A stretch of DNA of 64,000 nt from the NCBI RefSeq assembly GCF_000150275.1, contig NW_002060943.1, positions 11,532,878 through 11,596,877 on the forward strand, written 5' to 3'. Made by a program: the position numbers and the translations under genes. Each line of letters starts with the position of its first letter. Position 1 is the first letter of the stretch. Source of the DNA: Trichoplax adhaerens. Taxonomy: Eukaryota > Animalia > Placozoa. The notes under the pieces are model-generated. The model ran no database searches. It was not told the DNA's origin and saw only the letters and a program-made list of their open reading frames with translations. This document shows positions 25,473-40,000 of this stretch, piece after piece.

Positions 25473-26432
25473 ATGAGAATTATAAATGTAATTCAAATGG
25501 CTTCAAATATCGTCAGTAGTAATACCCTTAAGCTAAGATTGATTGATATTGGTGCTAATTTAACGGATCCAGTCTTTAATGGTGTCTATCGTGGTAAGAA
25601 TGTACATAAGGACGATTATAATGATGTGTTGCAACGTAGCTGGAATATCGGAATGCAGAAAATTATTATCACTGCTGGTAATTTAAAGGAAAGTTACTCT
25701 GCCTTGGAATTAGCCAAGAAAGACCAACGACTATTTTGCACTGTTGGTTGCCATCCAACTCGGTGTAATGATTTCGAAGAATCTGGTGATCCTGATCAAT
25801 ATTTAGAACGTTTGTTCTCTCTCATTCAGCAAAATAGAGATAAAGTTGTTGCGATAGGAGAATGTGGGCTGGATTTTGATCGCTTGCAATTTTGCGATAA
25901 AGAAATTCAGTTGAAATATTTTGAAAAGCAATTTGAATTAGCGGAACGTTCCAAGCTACCCATGTTTTTACATAGTAGAAATGCTGATGCAGAATTTTAT
26001 GATATTGTCAAGAGAAATCGGCATCGTATGAGCGGAGCCGTAGTCCACTCATTCACTGGACCCGCGCAATCTATTTCTGGTATACTTGACCTTGGATTGT
26101 ATATCGGGATAAATGGATGTTCCTTAAAGTCAGCTGAAAATATTGATGCTATGAAAAGAATACCCTCAGATAAGTTAATGATAGAAACTGATGCACCTTG
26201 GTGCTCTATAAAACCAACGCATGCTGGTTATAAATTACTTCAGACCCATTTCAAAGAGAAAAAGAAGGAGCGTTGGGAACCGGATCACTGCATCAAGGGA
26301 CGCAACGAACCTGCCAACATTATTCAAGTATTAGAGGTTATGGCTGGCAGCCGCGGAGAGAATATACACGATCTGAGTGAAGCTATTTTTATGAATACCG
26401 TTAAACTATTTTTTAATGAGAAATCCCTATAA
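25473..26432 (+). CDS. TATDN1: TatD-family deoxyribonuclease, single coding exon (start may be the ATG at 25497)
   Basis: [63 protein letters not shown] and KGRNEP motifs of eukaryotic TATDN1. Confidence 0.96.
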   Translation: MRIINVIQMASNIVSSNTLKLRLIDIGANLTDPVFNGVYRGKNVHKDDYNDVLQRSWNIGMQKIIITAGNLKESYSALELAKKDQRLFCTVGCHPTRCNDFEESGDPDQYLERLFSLIQQNRDKVVAIGECGLDFDRLQFCDKEIQLKYFEKQFELAERSKLPMFLHSRNADAEFYDIVKRNRHRMSGAVVHSFTGPAQSISGILDLGLYIGINGCSLKSAENIDAMKRIPSDKLMIETDAPWCSIKPTHAGYKLLQTHFKEKKKERWEPDHCIKGRNEPANIIQVLEVMAGSRGENIHDLSEAIFMNTVKLFFNEKSL

Positions 26433-27249
26433 GATTTTGATGATTGCAATAGTCGATGTGAAGCCTATGCAATAATTGCTATTTTAAAGCTCACTACAGT
26501 ATATGCAAACTGAAGTTTTTGACTGATTGACGCTGACTGCACAGCAATATACAAAAAACGGGACAGAATTATTTTAGAGTATATAGATTTAGCATGGGCA
26601 GCAATGATGCAAAGGTACCGACAATTTGAAAGAATGTGCCATTGTGCAGTGGAACTAGAACATCAAATTTCGTGTGTGACTGTTGTTCATTGCAGTCATG
26701 TTTTAAAGACTTTGTCAAGATTATTTTAGCTGTCTTTAGTTAATTACTCGTATATATAAATATACTGTATATATATATACAGATATGTATGAATACTATA
26801 TAATAATTAAATTTAGCATGAAGTATGGATTTATATTTTCTTGAAAGATCAAAGAATTGTTCTATCTGCATATAGAAGAAATACGTGCAAATACACTGAT
26901 GTTGCTTTGTCTACTGCCTATCTGTATAGTATGGGATTGGCATTCTACAACATCATAAACTACCGTACAAGATGATTGCAACTATTTATTTTCAGTTGCA
27001 TAGTAGCATATCATTTTGGTTGAATGCCTTCATTTAATTTAATAAGATATTAAAATAAAGTCAATAAAAACTTATAAATTTCGTAAATGATTGCATCATT
27101 GCTATCACATTAACAATAATTTAATTTAATTTCATACATATGCTGTATTCATACACTTTATGGCAGGAATTGAAAAAAGACATTCCAATCGTGTCAGCAA
27201 TCAAATACATTCTCTATTGAAGTAACGGTATCTACTACAGACAAATATA

Positions 27250-27996
27250 TTAATTAGATCTAGATTTTGCATGCTTTACACTTTTATCCATACAGTCTTT
27301 AAATGACTTCATTTCTTCTTTACACTTTCTCCAGTCTCTGTTTTCAAACATACAATCCTGAAAATTAAAGGTAGACATACAAAGTACGCTTAGAATGTAT
27401 CAGTTGATGATTATATGTCCAGAGAGTGACGATTGTGTACTACAAATCAAATATGATTTAAGGAATATAAATATACAATAAAGTTTGTAAGATCTCTATT
27501 AATACAGTAGTCACTGCTGGCATAAAAGCAAACATCAATACGTATAGCTAAACGACTTTATATGAATAAACCTATTATTCTGCGGCTTATCATATCACAC
27601 AGATTGTAGAGTTACAAGATCCATTTTCCTTTGCAGTTGTTGCGAATGGATCTGCAGGCTCAGACTAGCAACCAGTAGGTCATATTTGTTCAAAACAGAT
27701 GTATACATCGTTTATGTTGTTTACCATGAAGTCATTGCAGTGAAACTATCTTGTTCCATTATTTATTAATTTTAGTGCAATCAGTTTGACTGGTATATAC
27801 AGTATAAATATGTTCGCTGTTATATAGTATACTGAATATTTCTTGCAAATACGATTACCTGCAATGCATAATGGAAAGCTGAACAACCAGATTTTTCAAT
27901 AATTATTTCGAAAGGATCCTTTTCTTCATCGTCATCTTGCTTGCTTTTATTCCAGTGATGGGATGGACGCTTGGATTGATTGGCATCTTCCGTCAT
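27250..27996 (-). CDS. COA4: Cytochrome c oxidase assembly factor 4 (twin CX9C), 81 aa; exons 27996-27859 and 27357-27250; missed by the ORF track
   Basis: MTEDANQSKRPSHHWNKSKQDDDEEKDPFEIIIEKSGCSAFHYALQ|DCMFENRDWRKCKEEMKSFKDCMDKSVKHAKSRSN*; phase-0 GT-AG intron; CX9C...CX9C pattern. Confidence 0.92.
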
Positions 27997-28149
27997 GACT
28001 AATTTTAAAGATTGTAGAGACTTTTATATACTTCAGTTGTCCAGTTAAAGCTCGAAATTTAGTTCGTCAGATCTTGATCTTGCTTCGATGCATGTAGGAT
28101 CATCACCAGGGATACCCACTCTGGTGATCTGCTTACGGTGCAAAGATCG

Positions 28150-28460
28150 AGAAGTCCCTACTGTACTGAGTACTGTACAGTTTGGCATACTGTACAGTAC
28201 AGTACAGTACAGTGCACAGTAGTCCAGTGTGCGGTACGCTACTGTACACTGTACGAGTACACTAAAGTTCACGTCAAGTCACCTGAACGTGAAGCGAAGT
28301 CTCAAAATCCAACTTCACACGTTCCCTAGCTACACCTGCGTGTCAGTGCATTGCAATGGCAACTCGTATTTCTTTTACCTGTATGTTGCAGCGATAGAGA
28401 TTTTTTTGTACCTCTATGGCTGCAGCTAAAGACTTCTGTCAGTACTGTACAGTAATATTG
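28150..28460. promoter_or_regulatory. COA4 upstream region with TACAG/CTGTA cluster
   Basis: tactgtactgagtactgtacag...tactgtacagtacagtacagtacagtgcacagta lies about 160-270 bp upstream of the COA4 ATG. Confidence 0.6.
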
Positions 28461-28869
28461 TGAAACGATATGCAGATGATATATAACTCGATTATATAGT
28501 CTCGCTATACTTGCGTCAAATGTTATGAATTAAGTTTCAGCTTCTTGTTGTAAAATGAGAGCAACCAACTTGCAAGGAAATACTGCTAATTTTGGTGCTT
28601 GTTGACCTCTCCCAAATATTTACATATATCATACTATCTGCATATATGTAGATATTTACCAGCATATTTGCCAAATGTGCAATACCATTGTCAGTATAAT
28701 CATCCTTTATTATATTAATTTTAATTTTATTATAATAACTAATTTTTATTAAAAGCAGCACAATGTCATGCCATACTTCACCAAGATATTATCGTAAAAA
28801 TGACTAAAACCAAGTCTTATATAACTTATGTAAGGGCCTATTTAATTGCGTAGTAACATGACGATCCAT

Positions 28870-31800
28870 TTATGAAGACACGGCAGCTAATTTTTTCTTT
28901 GAGTAACGTTTGGGCTTTTTAGATAGTTCATCTATAACTGTATTTCTAGCTGCTGCTTCCTATATACAAGAGGCAAACCAGTATAATTAGCCGAGTTAAA
29001 AGTATTGGGTACAGCTGTGCCGTATAAATTTTATCCCGTTATATTACTAACCTCTAATAGCTTTGTAAGACTTAATTCTTTTCGACTTGAAACAAGGCTT
29101 ATTACTCTACCCGTACATTTGCTGCCAACACGCCCAGTTCTACCAGCACGATGAATGTAATCAGCAACAGAGATCGGAAAATCGAAATTAATTACACATT
29201 CAACCTATGTCATAAAATTGGCTGCATTTAGTTTAGCCGAATTTTACATGGTCGGCGGCAAAGATTATTGAGGTGATATAACTGTATGCATTTTGAGAAA
29301 TTTTCCAAATAGGAACCTACATTCTTTGTATCTAAGCCTCTAGAGGCTATATCGGTTGCAATGAGTATGTTATATTCACCACGTTGAAATTTATCATATC
29401 GAATTAGACGCTCCTGGATACAGTATATAATTTTTTTAGTGTAATCATAACTCGTTCATTGGATAATTTTATAACAGTGGAATTATCGAGATATTAAATG
29501 AAAGTAAATGCTAAATCGCCTATCTACCTCTGGTGGCATACCACCGTGCAATCGTAGTAACGGTAAATCTACTTTTGCAAGATAATGCCCAAGCCAATTG
29601 CAGCTATCAACTGTATTGCAAAAAATGATTGTTGAACCATGTCGCCGTTCTTTCAATAGTTTTAGTAATGTTCCTAGGAGGAAAGTAGAGAAATAAAGTA
29701 AAATTTTTCATCTTCAATGTGTTTACGCGTACATTGATCAATGCTCCTTACCTGCTTTACTAGTTTGTTTTAATTTTAATATATCTTGCTGTATGTGGGG
29801 TAATAATTTATGGAAACCTTTAGTAGTTACTTTCTTTAGATTCTAATAAATATTTAGGCAGATGGTTAAAATCTGAACCTTTCAGGATTTTCACTTATGA
29901 TAATTCTTGGTATTTCAGCCGATTTAAATATCGTCAGAACTCAAATTATTTGTACCGGAATGACTGGGTTCAAAATTGCTTCAACTCTCTTAGGTAAGGT
30001 AGCCCCAACAACGGTGACCTGCGCATCTTTTTGAAGAGTATCCAGAGACATTGGCTTACCTCCACGGATCTAATATTCAAATAGGAATGACAATACTTCA
30101 AACATCGTCCTTTCGATTTTACTCAATAAAGTATAAATTTAAGAAAAACTTCATCAAATTTGTAAACTTCAGATCATTGTAATTTAATATGGATTAAATT
30201 ATCACCTTTATTTTCTCTAGTATTTCCAAACTCCTTTCGTAGAAGGATTCATCAAATAGAGTATCTGCTTCATCTAGGACCAAATGAGTTAAATCGCTAA
30301 AAAAAATTTGATCTGAAAGTACAACGTTCAATTTTAGTTATAATAGGAAATGTAGTTATCAGTGTACCCTACGAATGACATTAATTATTGGCATTTTTCA
30401 TATCAAATTAAATAGAACAATGAATTAGGGTGTATTCTAAGGAAATACACAACATACTATATCTATGATACTTTATGAGCATTCCCGGGGTCGCCACAAC
30501 TACGTCTGTTGGAGTTTCCAATGCTTTTTCCAATAGTTTCTATTCAATATATGACATATGAAGTTTTTGATAGCTTAATGAATGATTGAATTTATTCTAT
30601 CTATCTACCGATCTGTAATGCATTGCTTGTGCTATATATTCTTACTTGTTTTTTGCCTCCTATTACACCTACGACTCTATACTTTGATACGTGGCATAGC
30701 GATTTAGCAACTTTCTGTTAGAGCGTTGATGCGGAGATCAGAAAAATATACAGTAAGTATCTTTATGTTGATTATTATTAGCTATCGTTAAGTTCAGTGA
30801 TGGAAAGGTTGTTAATAAGGAACAGAAGATAATAGTACTATCACATTGATAACTACTGCATAACTAACCAGAGTCTGCTGAGCTAATTCTCTGGATGGAA
30901 CAACAATACAAGCTCGAGGTCTGTTTAATCTTGTAATTAATCCGCATTTTTCCTCTTCTTCTTTAATTCTATGAATTAAAGGCGCCAAATAAGCTATTGT
31001 TTTACCAGATCCTAAATTAAATACTGTGTGGTTAGATACAGTCTTTCTACGTATATATTGGTCGTACAATGTACATGAGTCATTTAGAGTTTTACCTGTT
31101 TCGGATGCACATAGTACGTTCTTTCCAGCAGCAATTTTAGGAATTGCTAGAGACTATAAACATCAAGTGAGATTACAATCGTTATACAACGATATCATTC
31201 CTGTATAGTGCATACTTGCATTTACACATGTTTAAACAGTTGATTTAAGAAGAGGTATATTTGCAGGACTGTTATACCGTACTGTGTATCTATTAATAAT
31301 TATGGTTATAATGGATGAATATCTTTAACTATCATTCTGGTAGCTGCAAATTTTTACGGGTAATATATATTACATGTTATTAAGGTGATAATGGTCTATA
31401 AAGTAGAGTAAAGAACAATAATACAACTATACGCTAGTAATGTTATCTACCTGTATTGCAGTTGGCGTGGTAATATTAATGTTCGCTAAAGAATCAATCA
31501 CGTCATCCCTCAGGAATAACCGCGAAAAAGACGATGTACCAGAATCAGTAATAGCTCTAGGTTCCTATTAGATAACAAAGTAATCTTGCTTATGAAGGCG
31601 TACCTTAAATCTGAATAGCATCATGTATCGCAACATGTGTGTAAATGTACAAGGCAGGTAATTCGATAATTTTTGCATGTACTCATGTTCGAATCGTAGT
31701 CGAACATTTCATTTCCTTATCGCCAATATCAATATATTACTCATGCAACGTAAGGATTACTTATTAATATAATCCTTAGTGATACTGTAGTATCTTAACT

Positions 31801-32265
31801 GTAATGCAGAAGAGCCATTGGCTTTCATTTCAACGCAATCACTGACTAACCTCCTTTTTCTTTTTAATGGTGGTTTTACTTGGCCTATCAAGGATCCTAT
31901 TTTGTCGTGGTCTTCGAAATCTACGCTGATTACGCATACGCGTATTTCCCTTAGTGCCTGTAAATTCCTTGTGTTTGCGAGATACTTCTAGCTGACGAGA
32001 CGATCTGGTTTTTACCGACTTTAGCGCAGGAGAGGAGTAGTGACGATGACATGGCACTAATTTTGAATAAAGCTGAGATGTGAAGCAGTACCGGTTGAAA
32101 TACTGGTAAGCTAATCCTGATAAATTCATCCAGCTTCTACTTATCAAGTGCTCCTATAAATGCGTGCAGCATAAGTTCAAAATTAGCATCATGAGTATGG
32201 CCATTACATCATTGCATCTTCTCAGAAGAGCTACAATATAATACTTTGCTCCATTCACTTACCAT
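28870..32265 (-). CDS. DDX28: Mitochondrial DEAD-box RNA helicase DDX28 (multi-exon)
   Basis: CASETG|[91 protein letters not shown]; basic mitochondrial-presequence-like N-terminus. The start is inferred as ATG|gtaagt at 32265-32263, spliced in frame to 32153. Confidence 0.9.
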
Positions 32266-32766
32266 AACTTGTACGTGTATGCATACGGGTAATCATAAAT
32301 AACATTAAAAATTGGAATTGAACTCGAATAAATGCAGCAGCAGATTATCCTGAGCTCCGCTGCACAATTTAAGCAATCTCTAATTTCAAAAGCATTAGAA
32401 TGGAATTACTAGCGCTATCAAACTATAAGAAAGTTAATCTCCTTTAATTCACTCTTTAGTAGTCGTTAAAAAGTGAGGACTGTAGCTTGATGAATGATTG
32501 TGATTACCAATATTCGAAGTTCAAGTTGATTCGAAGAAGGAGCAAACCAAGAAATTTCATTCAAAATGATACTTTTAATTTTTGCATTGATCAGCTCGCT
32601 GCAAAATAATAACGCATGCGGTTCTCCTGCACCTCAGAGTACTGTTCCAGTAGTTTCATAGTGGTACGGTACTGTAATCCAAAGCTGTACCGTACTTCTA
32701 CAGTACAGTTCAAGCTGTGGTGCCGAAGATGTCCGTTTCGGCGCGGTTCGATACGGTACAATGTTC

Positions 32767-32822
32767 GGTTAGGGTTAGACCTAGCTAGGGCTAGGGTTAG
32801 GGTTAGGGCTTGGGCTAGGGTT
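32767..32822 (+). repeat. Interstitial telomere-like (TTAGGG/CTAGGG) tract, potential G-quadruplex
   Basis: ggttagggttagacctagctagggctagggttagggttagggcttgggctagggtt contains six consecutive GGG runs with 3-nt loops. Confidence 0.9.
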
Positions 32823-32877
32823 GTACTGCTAATCTAACCCGAGCTGTAAAGCAACTCTTCCCTACTGCCACTCAAAT

Positions 32878-35800
32878 ATGGCGTCCGTTAATGCCAATGT
32901 AAATTTAACCTCTCAACTCGCATCGCATATCGTTGTACCGCTAACAACGTTTCTAAATGGCAATAATACTTTATTTTCTGAAAGTCAGCCTTGGATATCT
33001 GACCTAAGATGCAGGTAAGGATTTAGGTCGGTTATTTTGAATATAAACACACGTAAATGGTGCACAGTCCACCATAGATCCGAAACCCATCACTATTGCG
33101 TGAAGACTGAGATATCACAGGTATTAACTAGGTGGTAAAGCATCAATGCTTTAATCATTGAGATATCACAAATAGAGTTGCTTTCCGAATTAAAATTTTT
33201 ATCAGTTTGCCTTTTTACCATCAATCTATGCTATCCTAACAAATATTGCGTCATTTTAATTAATGAAAGATGTACTTTTAAAAATAATCGTATAACTATA
33301 CAGTACACAGAGGACGTATTTAACCTCTAGTAGATAGTTGGTCAGATACTTAAAAAAAAATGTATTCTACTCAGTAACTCCCAGGTTGCAAACAATTTAA
33401 AACTTGTTTCAAAACTGATCACTAATTTCATGATATAAGGGCCATTATATTAAGTGCAATTAGTATACAGTATATGTATCTTGCAATCAGGATTAACGTA
33501 TTTCATATCGTACGATATGATGATTATTCAAAATAATCATCATCTAATTTCGTAGAATGCATTTAGTGTTTGCAAGCTTAATAGTTCTTGGAATGTTAAT
33601 TCAAAATACCTCTGTAAAGAGGGATACATACGATGTAAAGTGGAAATTATAACAGTCGAATTGGCTATAAAATCAAGTTAGTTGAATGGTAGATAAATAT
33701 TTAAATTATTTTATAATTTATCTTTGGAACTTGCCTGAATAATTAATAATACTTGTTTTAATTTTTGTTATATTGCTGTGGACTGTAGTTCTATATAGGA
33801 GTTCTAACCAGTTAGCCTTAATATAGGAATAGGCTACTTCTATATATTCGCATGTTAGGTACATGCTCCATTAAAATCAAAATGAACAGTTACGACTAAC
33901 AAATTGGGGTATGCAGCTATATGCATACCTTGGGAGCTTTGAAAACACTTTAGAATTACTGCACAGGTCGTTGTAATTCTCATGCTGTATACGCGTATAA
34001 AGGGTAGTAAACCATTGTAAATGTTGAGACATCGATCAATCATATATCCGTGCTACCTAAGTGGGTTCTACCATATGCATGTGTAAAACAACATTAATGA
34101 TTTGTTGTTAGTGACCAGTTAAGTCAGGCTCCCATGATCTGGTATGTGCTTCTATCGTATTGGTGTAATACGTACAGCTGGACTATTTATGCTCTACACA
34201 TGCAAATGATTTCGTTGGTGGTTAAATAATCTTTGAATTGCATTTGTCCTGTGTAGCCATGCTGCCTTGGATAGTGACACCAATTGCGATAGGTTTAAGT
34301 TACACCTTCCCTATAGCCAGCACACTTTAATTTGTAAGTTTAAGTCATACATTTTTCAAAATTGATCATTCTCTTTGTTGTTATTTTACAAAATGTACTT
34401 TGTATATTGTTATTGTACTGTACTCATTTATACGGATATAGCCACTCTGTTAACTAGTTATGTTGCTATTGCGTAAATATTATGGACTTTTTAAATTATC
34501 GAACATTTTACGTAGGGGAAGTAATTTTTGATCGAAGAAGAAACAATCAGGCACCTGATTTTATATTTGGCGAAGAAGATAAAGATTTTAATCCAGATTC
34601 CGAGAAGCTAGAAGTATGTCTGGTGGACATTTATTCGTATATACCATATCATTATTAATAGAGTGATGCTGTAATTAGTGTATTATACCGTACTTGTTTC
34701 AATATATACTAGTGCTAATCAATCATCATAACCGAAATATTTGAGATGAGTAATAAACTTATTTTTCAGTATAAAGACTGCTTCAAGAAAGGGTTGCTAG
34801 ATATATTGGATAGATTAAATTATTTATTATAAAACTGTTCATTAGACGGGTCTGTGATTGATGTATAACCATAGATAATGGCATTCATGCCGTTATAAAT
34901 ATATACATATATACCGTATATGTCATATAATGTATTTAAGTGCTTGACATATTATATCTTGATAAGCTTATTCTAATTATTATATTTTGTACTTGATAAT
35001 ATTGTAATTTAACACAGAGCCTATCATATTGGAATACCAGTAATGCGAACTGCTTTTCTTTGGTCATAAAAGAACTGTTGTTACAATATGCTCTTCATCA
35101 GGAAAAATTACTAGGAGCTAATAGTCGATTAAGTTTCGAGTGTTCTAAATTACGAACTAGTAAAGACTTTGACAGCTTTGAAATTTTGGTAAAAAAGAAA
35201 AACACTAATGTTAGTAGAAGTATCACCTTCAGCAAATATTCTTGTATTTAAATTACATGACGAAGAATAACCGATTAATTACCTAAACATATTATATTTC
35301 TCCTAAACTCATATTACAATTTTGTACAACTGATTAAAAACTCACTATACCTAGAGTAGAATAATTGCTGTTTTTTTGGCTAACGGCTTTGTTTTTACCA
35401 ATAGGGATATAACAGTTATTTTGAGGCTAATTTTCTTATCAGAATCAACTTGAAAAGTGAATCTTTGCCCCACTTAAAAGCGGTAAGACAACTATAATAC
35501 TGTTTCTCATAGAGCTTACCGTTGTTTATATCAACGTAATGATTGTAATTTTAGTATACTCTTAACAGAAATGTGCCTTATATAAAATATTACGTTACAT
35601 TTTTAAAGGGCTTAAATAAAAGTATTCAGGACTTTTATGCTAATCTGTTGGTAACAATGGTATCCAATGATACAGCAAATGTGGTTACAAATTTACAAAT
35701 TAATCCTTGGCTAGAAAAGTATGCAAAATTTTTGTGTAATACGTTGTGTGCCTCGTATTGCCTTCTTATGATTTGCATGAATCGTTAAATTACGTATATG

Positions 35801-36608
35801 ATTAATTATAGGTTATTAGGTAGCAATACTACAAAACAATGCCCACGGTGGGGAGGTTCAAATGCTTCGAGCTTACTTGAGTACCTAACTACGGTACAAC
35901 GTTACCTACAGGATAAAATAAATCGTATTGGTGAAAATTTTACGAGAAGAAAAGAACTTATTGAATCCTTCAAACAGCATTTTAACGGGTATGACTTTTG
36001 TTATCCATAAGATATTTTAATGGATGAAGATTATCTTATTTTACCTCTTGTATCACACAGGGCGTTACTGGAATATGATAGTGAAAACTATACAAGCATA
36101 AATTTGCTGCTCGTTACGAGTGGATTTTACTTTATTCTGCATGGTAATGTCAACTACTATTTACGTGTAAACATTATACTTTTATTACACTTTGGTTAGG
36201 ATTATATACGTACATACATATATATATATATTTATATATATACTGTATATGTATAACATTGCGAAAGAAACGACTAAAAGTTTATCCTCTTATTTCATCA
36301 AGTATCATTACCATCCGGATTTCCACAAAGCATGCCAGTGCTAATTATCCAATCAGTATACCATCGTATGGGTATTTTACCTTACAAAGAAACACGTACT
36401 TCGTATCCATACAGCCCGAGATGGAGTGGTAAAGAAATGGTAGAGAGAATACAGTATGTACATTGCACAGTCTATTCGACCTAGTTCACAAATGTTCTTA
36501 GATATTCCACGTATTTAATAATCCATTTTAATTTAATTTAATAGAGTTTATCTTGCGACGATTATTGAAGATTTTAAGACATCATCCTTACGTTACGGAA
36601 AACTTTAG
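32878..36608 (+). CDS. BABAM2: BRISC/BRCA1-A complex member 2 (BRE/BRCC45), multi-exon
   Basis: Spliced peptides: [23 protein letters not shown]...APDFIFGEEDKDFNPD, WNTSNANCFSLVIKELLLQY...SRLSFE, RRKELIESF, LLEYDSENY, FPQSMP...QSVYH, YPYSPRWSGKEMVERI, ending ...YGKL*. Confidence 0.95.
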
Positions 36609-37090
36609 TAAATAAATTCTCATCAAAATGCATTATAACAAAATGCCTGATATTTATGAATTAGCTTTCCAAAAGCATGTAATAGACGTTAGGTCACTAA
36701 GGTTTGTGTATCTTGCCTGGTACGTTATGAACTTACCGGAATCGCTTTTTTGTGATAATACGCTATGAATAAATGTTACCTTAGCGAGTTTGACATGACG
36801 TAAAATATTTTATTTTTTCTATCGAAATATTAAATAACATGTGGTCATATTCCTTTTAAGACACAGATGATTGTAGATTGTAATGACTAATTGTTCACTA
36901 AGTATACCTTATAAGTGAAAGATTTTTTCAAGATTTGATTCTATATGTATGTTATAATTATTGTATAGATTACCATCAGAACTCTTTCCTAACATCAATC
37001 ATAATTATTTAAAGTGTATTCACTTTTGTATATAAGATAAATGTCTTCGTAGATCCTTTATTGTCGTAGTTCATTCATGGTTGGATTTTA

Positions 37091-40000
37091 TTATTCCGAG
37101 TAAAGATTTTGAATATTTTGTCTTAATTCTTTGAATTCACTCTCAGGTAGTGATATTTCGTGTATGAGTGAGCTTATACTTTCATCAGTAATGATCTCAA
37201 ATTGACTTTCGTCTACATTTCAAAAAGAAATATGAAAGGGCTATAAATAAATTGATTTACATAAAATATTTTGCAATGATATGGTTGATGTATAATTACT
37301 TTTCACTATTAAGTGACCAGCTAGCTCACAAAATGCAACACTAAGTACGTTTTCATCTTTGGCACCTATCATTCATTATTAGACATCCTGTTATCATTCT
37401 TGATTCAGTCAAAATTGAAGCATTAATTAACTACAGTCAGGTTGTTTTTATTAAACCTAGTGAAGAAACTCTTGGCCAAACCAGCACTCTTACTACAACG
37501 TCACTGCTTATGTTGTTCTTTTGAAATGGCTTTCCTCTTGTTATAAAAATATTATGGGCTATCTCTTTCTCGTGAAGCAGTGATGTTAGTCTGTATATAT
37601 TTCTAAAAAATAATGAAAAGAAATACGTATTTATGCCATTGTCATGTATCTTTGTTCTTGTAGTGAGGAATAATAAATACACCGCCAGTTATATCACAAT
37701 TGTGGGCTAGAGTTCCTCTAAATAGAAATTTATTGCAATTTTTTACATACTTAATGAAACATCGCAAGTCGCCATTCACGTACTGAAATCCGAAACCCTT
37801 AGCCGGTGAATCTACCAATTCCATACAAGGCCCACTAATTGGTTTCCCGTTCTATTTTAACGAAAACAGATGCTACGTATCATTATTACGCTGCAAATAA
37901 TTATATGCTGCAGACTAGGTCTGCAAGACGCAATTATTCATTTTTTAACCCTGATCTGCAATTCAGAGTGAGCTACGGAATCCCATAAAATAAAATTTTA
38001 CCCATTTCTCAGATGGAAGTTCATAATTGATGCAATAGGCATGAAAATGCAAGTGATTAACAGAAGCAAATCCGCAAATACTATTAAATCCAATACGAAA
38101 TCCCCTATAGAAAAGTATATCATTGATTTATGATTAAAAATTTCAAAATAGCACAAGGCATTGAAACAGTCACTATCGCACCTTCATTATTACACAATAA
38201 TTATAATAATGATGTAATTAATTAATAAAATATTATTTTTACCGATACCTTTGTGAACTGAGTAGCAACATTTCCATAGCCAATTGCAATCCGTTAATTG
38301 TTACAGCCTGTGGTAATCATTATGTAGATAGTTAGTGTAAGAAGAAATACAGCATATGAAACTAAGTTATCGCTTGGAACCCATACAAACATGAATTTTA
38401 CTGGAGAATATTATTTTTACAGCGAGTAAAGTACGATTTCTACCGCACCACTAAACCTAGATTATCCTCTGTAGCAGATTACTAAGCATGATTTTATTTC
38501 AGTCCTGATGATGCAGCATTTTATATAATAAGCGAATGGTATTCATCAGAACTAGTACGTCAAACAATTCGTAAAAACTCTGTTGACTAAAATTATTCTA
38601 GGAATTGTGGTGTAATACTTAGATCTAGACGTTACCTGAGGCAAACAATCCTCGATAGCTGGGACGAGCAGAATATTACAGTATTCTACAGGGCTAACAT
38701 TTATGATTACCAAGTTTCTGGATGGTATACTCTATAATATATTTCAAATGAAATGAAACGAAATTACTCTTATTTACCGCTTGTACAATTTAATAGTTTA
38801 CTCAGATATTTGATGAGTAATATCGATACGTGCTCATATATCTAAATCGTATATAATACTATAATTACTATTTGCAACGGAGTTTTATTTCTGTAAATAT
38901 GAATCCTGGAATCCATTTGGACAGATATATATAATAACCGCATTTTATGACGTATATGTATTCTATCAATTCAACATTTTAATTTTAATTTTAATGGGTG
39001 TGTGACGGATTTCACGATGTAAATGATAGCAAAAATATCGTTATCTAGCAGTAAGAACATCGTTCAGTATAGATATGTTAAAAATCTTTTATCAGAGAAC
39101 AAAGCCATACCTCCTCGTCATTATGTTCTTGAGATATAAGCCCATGTTGTGGACAAAGTTCAAAGAGAATCTAGTTATCATTATCATTTTAATAATGCTA
39201 TGAGAACCTTATATCGGTAGCTTAATCAATGAAGATCCCCAACTAATTTTTATCGAAATATTTCATTCGCTACTGAATTAATCTATTATCTAGCACGAGT
39301 AAGAACTAGTAACAATCAAACTATAACATACTTATATACCATTTCTACTTTAAAATTGTTCCTAATTTACTGCTATGATGCATGTACGTTATAGTGATAA
39401 TTAGGATTTGTAGTCCTTTTTAAGAAACAAAGAAACTATTTACATGCATAGATAGCTACATTTATTTATAAAAGTGTATTATTTTCAGTGTTTCCGTTCA
39501 GTTGTAATTACTGATAAGGCAGCAGCTACTATCAAGTAATGAGTTTATAACATTTTTTAATCGGTAGGTTTAATACAGAACCTCTTTTGCATTAATCTTG
39601 TTAAAATTGAAACGGGTACCATCGAACGGTTGCTTGACAGTGAAGAAGCTGCCAGGCTTTCGTCTTTGCGTCGCTCTTTTTAAGTTTCGCTGGTTACGCA
39701 AAGGACGACATTTATTAATACATGCCACAATAATTTAACGAAACTATCACATATTCTACAATTGGAAATAGTATAATACAATACTTTGTGTATAAATTAT
39801 ATCCATTATCACTCACTTCGAATTACGCTAATTTATGTTTAATTCAAAAAAAATTAAGTTCTGACATTGATTATACTGTACTACTGGACATTATTATCAT
39901 TTACCAAATATAAACAATCATCTTACTGACTGTATAATGTACATCTACAGTGTTCAAGCACGAAATACATCATAGATAGAAGTATGAGTATTTTTTGATA

